DNA of 64,000 nt, taken from contig CM059431.1 of the NCBI GenBank assembly GCA_030390025.1, forward strand, positions 137,704,001-137,768,000. Direction: 5' to 3'. Below, in pieces: positions 60,956 through 64,000 of this stretch (positions are counted from its first letter, which is position 1; every line of letters begins with the position of its first letter). The notes under the pieces were generated by a model that saw only the letters and a program-made list of their open reading frames with translations, made no database searches and was not told the origin of the DNA. Both the position numbers and the translations under genes were made by a program. The stretch is from Squalus acanthias (Eukaryota).

Positions 60956-61105
60956 GGGTAGATTTCGACTTTCTACGATACAGTAAAATGTGTAATAGCG
61001 CATCGTCCGAATATCGTCCAACTCCCCTGATTTTTAATTTCATTGATTTCAATGGAAGTGAAAAATCACCCGTTTTACACTATCGCACACATTCAAAATA
61101 TACTC
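60956..61105. mobile_element. Short palindromic MITE-like element
   Basis: GGGTAGATTT..CGATACAGTAAAA versus TTTTACACTATCG..AAAATATACTCC, central CATTGATTTCAATG palindrome. Confidence 0.5.
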
Positions 61106-61599
61106 CATCGCAACCCAGGATGGGCAACAAATGCAGCTACACTGCGAGAGCAAATTTACAAAGTGATCCGGTAAAGACACACAGAGATATGAAACCTGGG
61201 GGCAGAATGTAATGCATGAAAGCTTTTAACGCCGATTTTGCTACTTCTACTCCTTTATCTGCAGTTAGATCGTCCAAATATTCCACCATTCTCTGCAAAA
61301 TAAAGCAGCGTAATCAATGATTCCTAATAGGGTGTGAAATAGGAAACAGAAAGATTATTTTGGGTTCAATGCCTCTCTCGAAATAATGGATTTGAATCAG
61401 GAAACTGTTTTTCGTAATCTAAGTATTTTTGTAGCTGCTTTGCGTCTCCAGGATTGCCTGCTTTGTTTCACGTTTTAAGTATAGTCTTTGTAAATCATTG
61501 ACTTTAGATAAAATATCAATTTTACAGATCCGTAGTAGCATTTTGAGGTCGATAGCGGGGCAGAGCACTGATTGGCTATGAGCAATATCTCAAATATTG

Positions 61600-62030
61600 C
61601 ACAGGTGGCTCTCATTTATTCCTAAACACTCGCCTCGGAATCAGAAGATCACCAGTTCATGCCTCATTCTAGAAGTTATGTCCATAATCTAGGCTGACGC
61701 CCAGTTCAGTGCTGGGTGAGTACGGCCTTGTGGGAGTCATCATCGATTGGACCAGAAGTTAAACTGAAGCCTCGTCTGCCTGTTCAGTTGAATGTAAAAA
61801 TACTCTGGCACTATTTGAAAAATGTAGTGATGTTAGCGAATATTCATTCCTTAATCAACGCCACTAAAATAACTTAAGTGGTAATTTATCTCAATACCAT
61901 TTGCAGGAAATTGCTTTGCTGCAGCGTTTGCCTCACCATAACAGTGACTGTATTCTGCAGTTGATTAATTGTGAAATGTTTCGGTTAATTCTGAGGATTT
62001 GGAAAGCTCTATAACAGTAGGAGATATTTA
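61600..62030 (+). mobile_element. Degraded DeuSINE (SacSINE1-like)
   Basis: tRNA-like head remnant, CATAATCTAGGCTGAC, GTTAAACTGAAGCCTCGTCTGCC..GTAAAAATACTCTGGCACTATTT. Confidence 0.55.
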
Positions 62031-63639
62031 TTTCGGATGGGACGTTGTTTACTGAAGTCCGGACACGTGCTGAGATTTACAGGGGAATATGTTTGTGTCA
62101 TTCCTCAGAGAGTGATGATGCAGATAGTACAAGAGCTGTGCAAGAGACCCGGGCTGAACAAATGTGGCTTTGATATGCCGACCATCTACATCCCGGATCC
62201 CAACAAGGTAGGGCCGTGATTCCTCAATGTTAATCAGGAATGTACAGAGCTCACAGAAACAACGCACTGTAGACGCAGCACGCGCCGTTTCCAATGTGCA
62301 TGTTGGATAAGGAACAGGTAGCAAAGTGGTTATGTTACTGGACTAGAATTCCAAGAGGCCTGGAATAATGATCCAGAGACGTTAGTTCAGAATGTTAGGT
62401 TAGACATTCCAGCCCAGAGTCCTTAAACTCTGGAGCAGATTATGAGCCATGCAGTGAATGTAAATTCAACACAGTCCAATCGGAGCCACACGAGTTACCG
62501 AGTCAGCGGGACAGTTCTGTTATTGGTAAGTCACGGGCTAGCTGGAGGACTCATTGTTATTGTCCTCCCCTGTAGCTTTGCTCGATTACCTTAGAGGGTC
62601 GGAAAAAAATAGCCCCGAGTTTTTCCTAAATTCACAACTGTTCTTTTCTCCGTGTTCTACCTCTGCGAGGGACCGTATTACCTGGAGGCAGATGGTGGGT
62701 GATGGGGAGAGGTGGGGGGAGGTTGATATTCATCATTGTCTACAACATGCCTGCTTGGGAAGAGTTTACAGATCAGAGGATATTTATCAGGTCCTTTCCT
62801 GTGTTCGTTTGTGTATTCTAATATCTAACATTACCCCCTTTATTGAAAAGCCTGGTAGAAATCAGAAGGAGCAGATGAATGTTGAAAAGAGCAGTAGAGC
62901 AGATTAATAATCGTCAATCATCGTCAGGTTTGGTTTTCAAAACCTGAGTTTTCTATCACGAAACGAATAGTCATGTGGGCAAGGAACTTTTGGATTCTGG
63001 GGTCCTTAAGATTAATTTTCTCTGTTAGTGATGGAGTACAACGGGCAATAGCGGATCGACCGTCCTATACAAATCGCCCGATTTACTTTCCCGTTGCAAT
63101 TATCCGATGTCGATCCGATATCGCCAGTTTCACACTATTGGACACAATTAAAATGAACCCCATTGAGTTAGCGCCGGAAACAGCGCTCCGAATTCGCAGT
63201 TAAATACACCCCGGAGGTCGGGAGTTCGCAGAAGGATCAATTATTCATCGATGTGGATACGAGAATGCACAGTGTGTCCTTCGGAATGAGATGCCTCTAA
63301 TTTATCAGTTGGTAGTTCCTATGTCTGTTTGTGTCTTTTGGACTGACAGCCAACACGTTGCATCAATCAGATCCAAGAGGTGTGCACGACAATAGAAAAG
63401 ACGGTAAACCGGAGAGTTCAGAAGACGCTGAACCAGCTGGAGAAGGACTGGGAGCTGATCATCCGCACCACCAGGTGCCAGCTCGAGGAGAGCAGGTGAG
63501 GCTTTAGTGTGAGTTGTGTTCAGGACAGGTGCAGTAAGACTGGGCAAACAAGGATGGGAATTAACAACATTGTCAGAAATGGTAACAGAAAAAGTATTAT
63601 AACTGAAGAGGGCATCGGGACAAGGAGACTGGGCTCGAT

Positions 63640-63940
63640 ATTCCTTTCTGCGCTCCTCTAATTCTGGCTTCTTGCACATCTCCGATTTTAATCGCTCCAC
63701 GATTGGCGGCCCTGCCTTCAGCTGCCGAGGCTCTGAGGTTTGGAATTCCCTCTCTAAGCCTCGCCACCTCTTTACTGTTCTTTGCTCCTTCAAGAGGCTC
63801 GTTAAAGACTTCCTCTTTTCATCTTCCCTATTATCTCCTTATGTGGCTCGGTGTCAAATTATGTTTGATAATCGCTCCTGTGAAGCGCCTTGGGACGTTT
63901 TACTACATTAAAAACGCTTTATAAATATAAGCTGTTGTTA
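63640..63940 (+). mobile_element. L2-type LINE 3' end
   Basis: GG.AFS....WNSL...FKRLVK coding end, then TGTGAAGCGCCTTGGGACGTTTTACTACATTAAA and TGTTGTT tail. Confidence 0.75.
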
Positions 63941-64000
63941 TTATATCATGAATATTTAAATAGGAAAATTGGACTTATTTTCTTCAGCAGATATTATACG

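Larger units (their letters stand above)
58733..63495 (+). pseudogene. Dynamin/EHD-like P-loop GTPase gene (resembles zebrafish si:dkey-98f17.5 from memory); exons 58733-58843, 62109-62207, 63350-63495; frameshifted and apparently missing middle exons
   Basis: AG/GT-bounded exons encoding LEGIACRLGLGLLAPRKKITV/LMGNHSAGKSSFINW (G1 motif), RVMMQIVQELCKRPGLNKCGFDMPTIYIPDPNK and PTRCINQIQEVCTTIEKTVNRRVQKTLNQLEKD; 1-nt deletion at ~58798. Confidence 0.72.

Overview
Vertebrate genomic DNA, most likely a cartilaginous fish (inferred from HE1-like SINE, DeuSINE, CR1 and Penelope repeats and two-exon GPR139-like genes). More than half of the window is tandem satellite (26-, 48- and 23-bp units), with a 200-N gap at 9864-10063. 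Two GPR139-like GPCR paralogues face each other inside a diverged inverted duplication that includes an upstream 26-bp satellite, and a damaged P-loop GTPase gene lies at the right end. The stand-out is a recent, complete 9.17-kb LTR element (34736-43901) inserted in the satellite. It has ~1.58-kb LTRs about 98% identical, a tRNA-Arg PBS, a PPT, a 4-bp TSD and a CCHC gag, but no recognisable protease, RT, RNase H or integrase. Instead the gag stop sits in a UGA-CUAG readthrough context and opens into a 370-codon in-frame extension built from diverged copies of the Gag coiled coil plus acidic repeats. Downstream is an env with an Ig-like domain in front of an F-type class I fusion protein (lokiretrovirus-like by inference). 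I read it as a non-autonomous, pol-replaced, enveloped endogenous retroelement. All family assignments come from motif recognition by eye; no searches were run.
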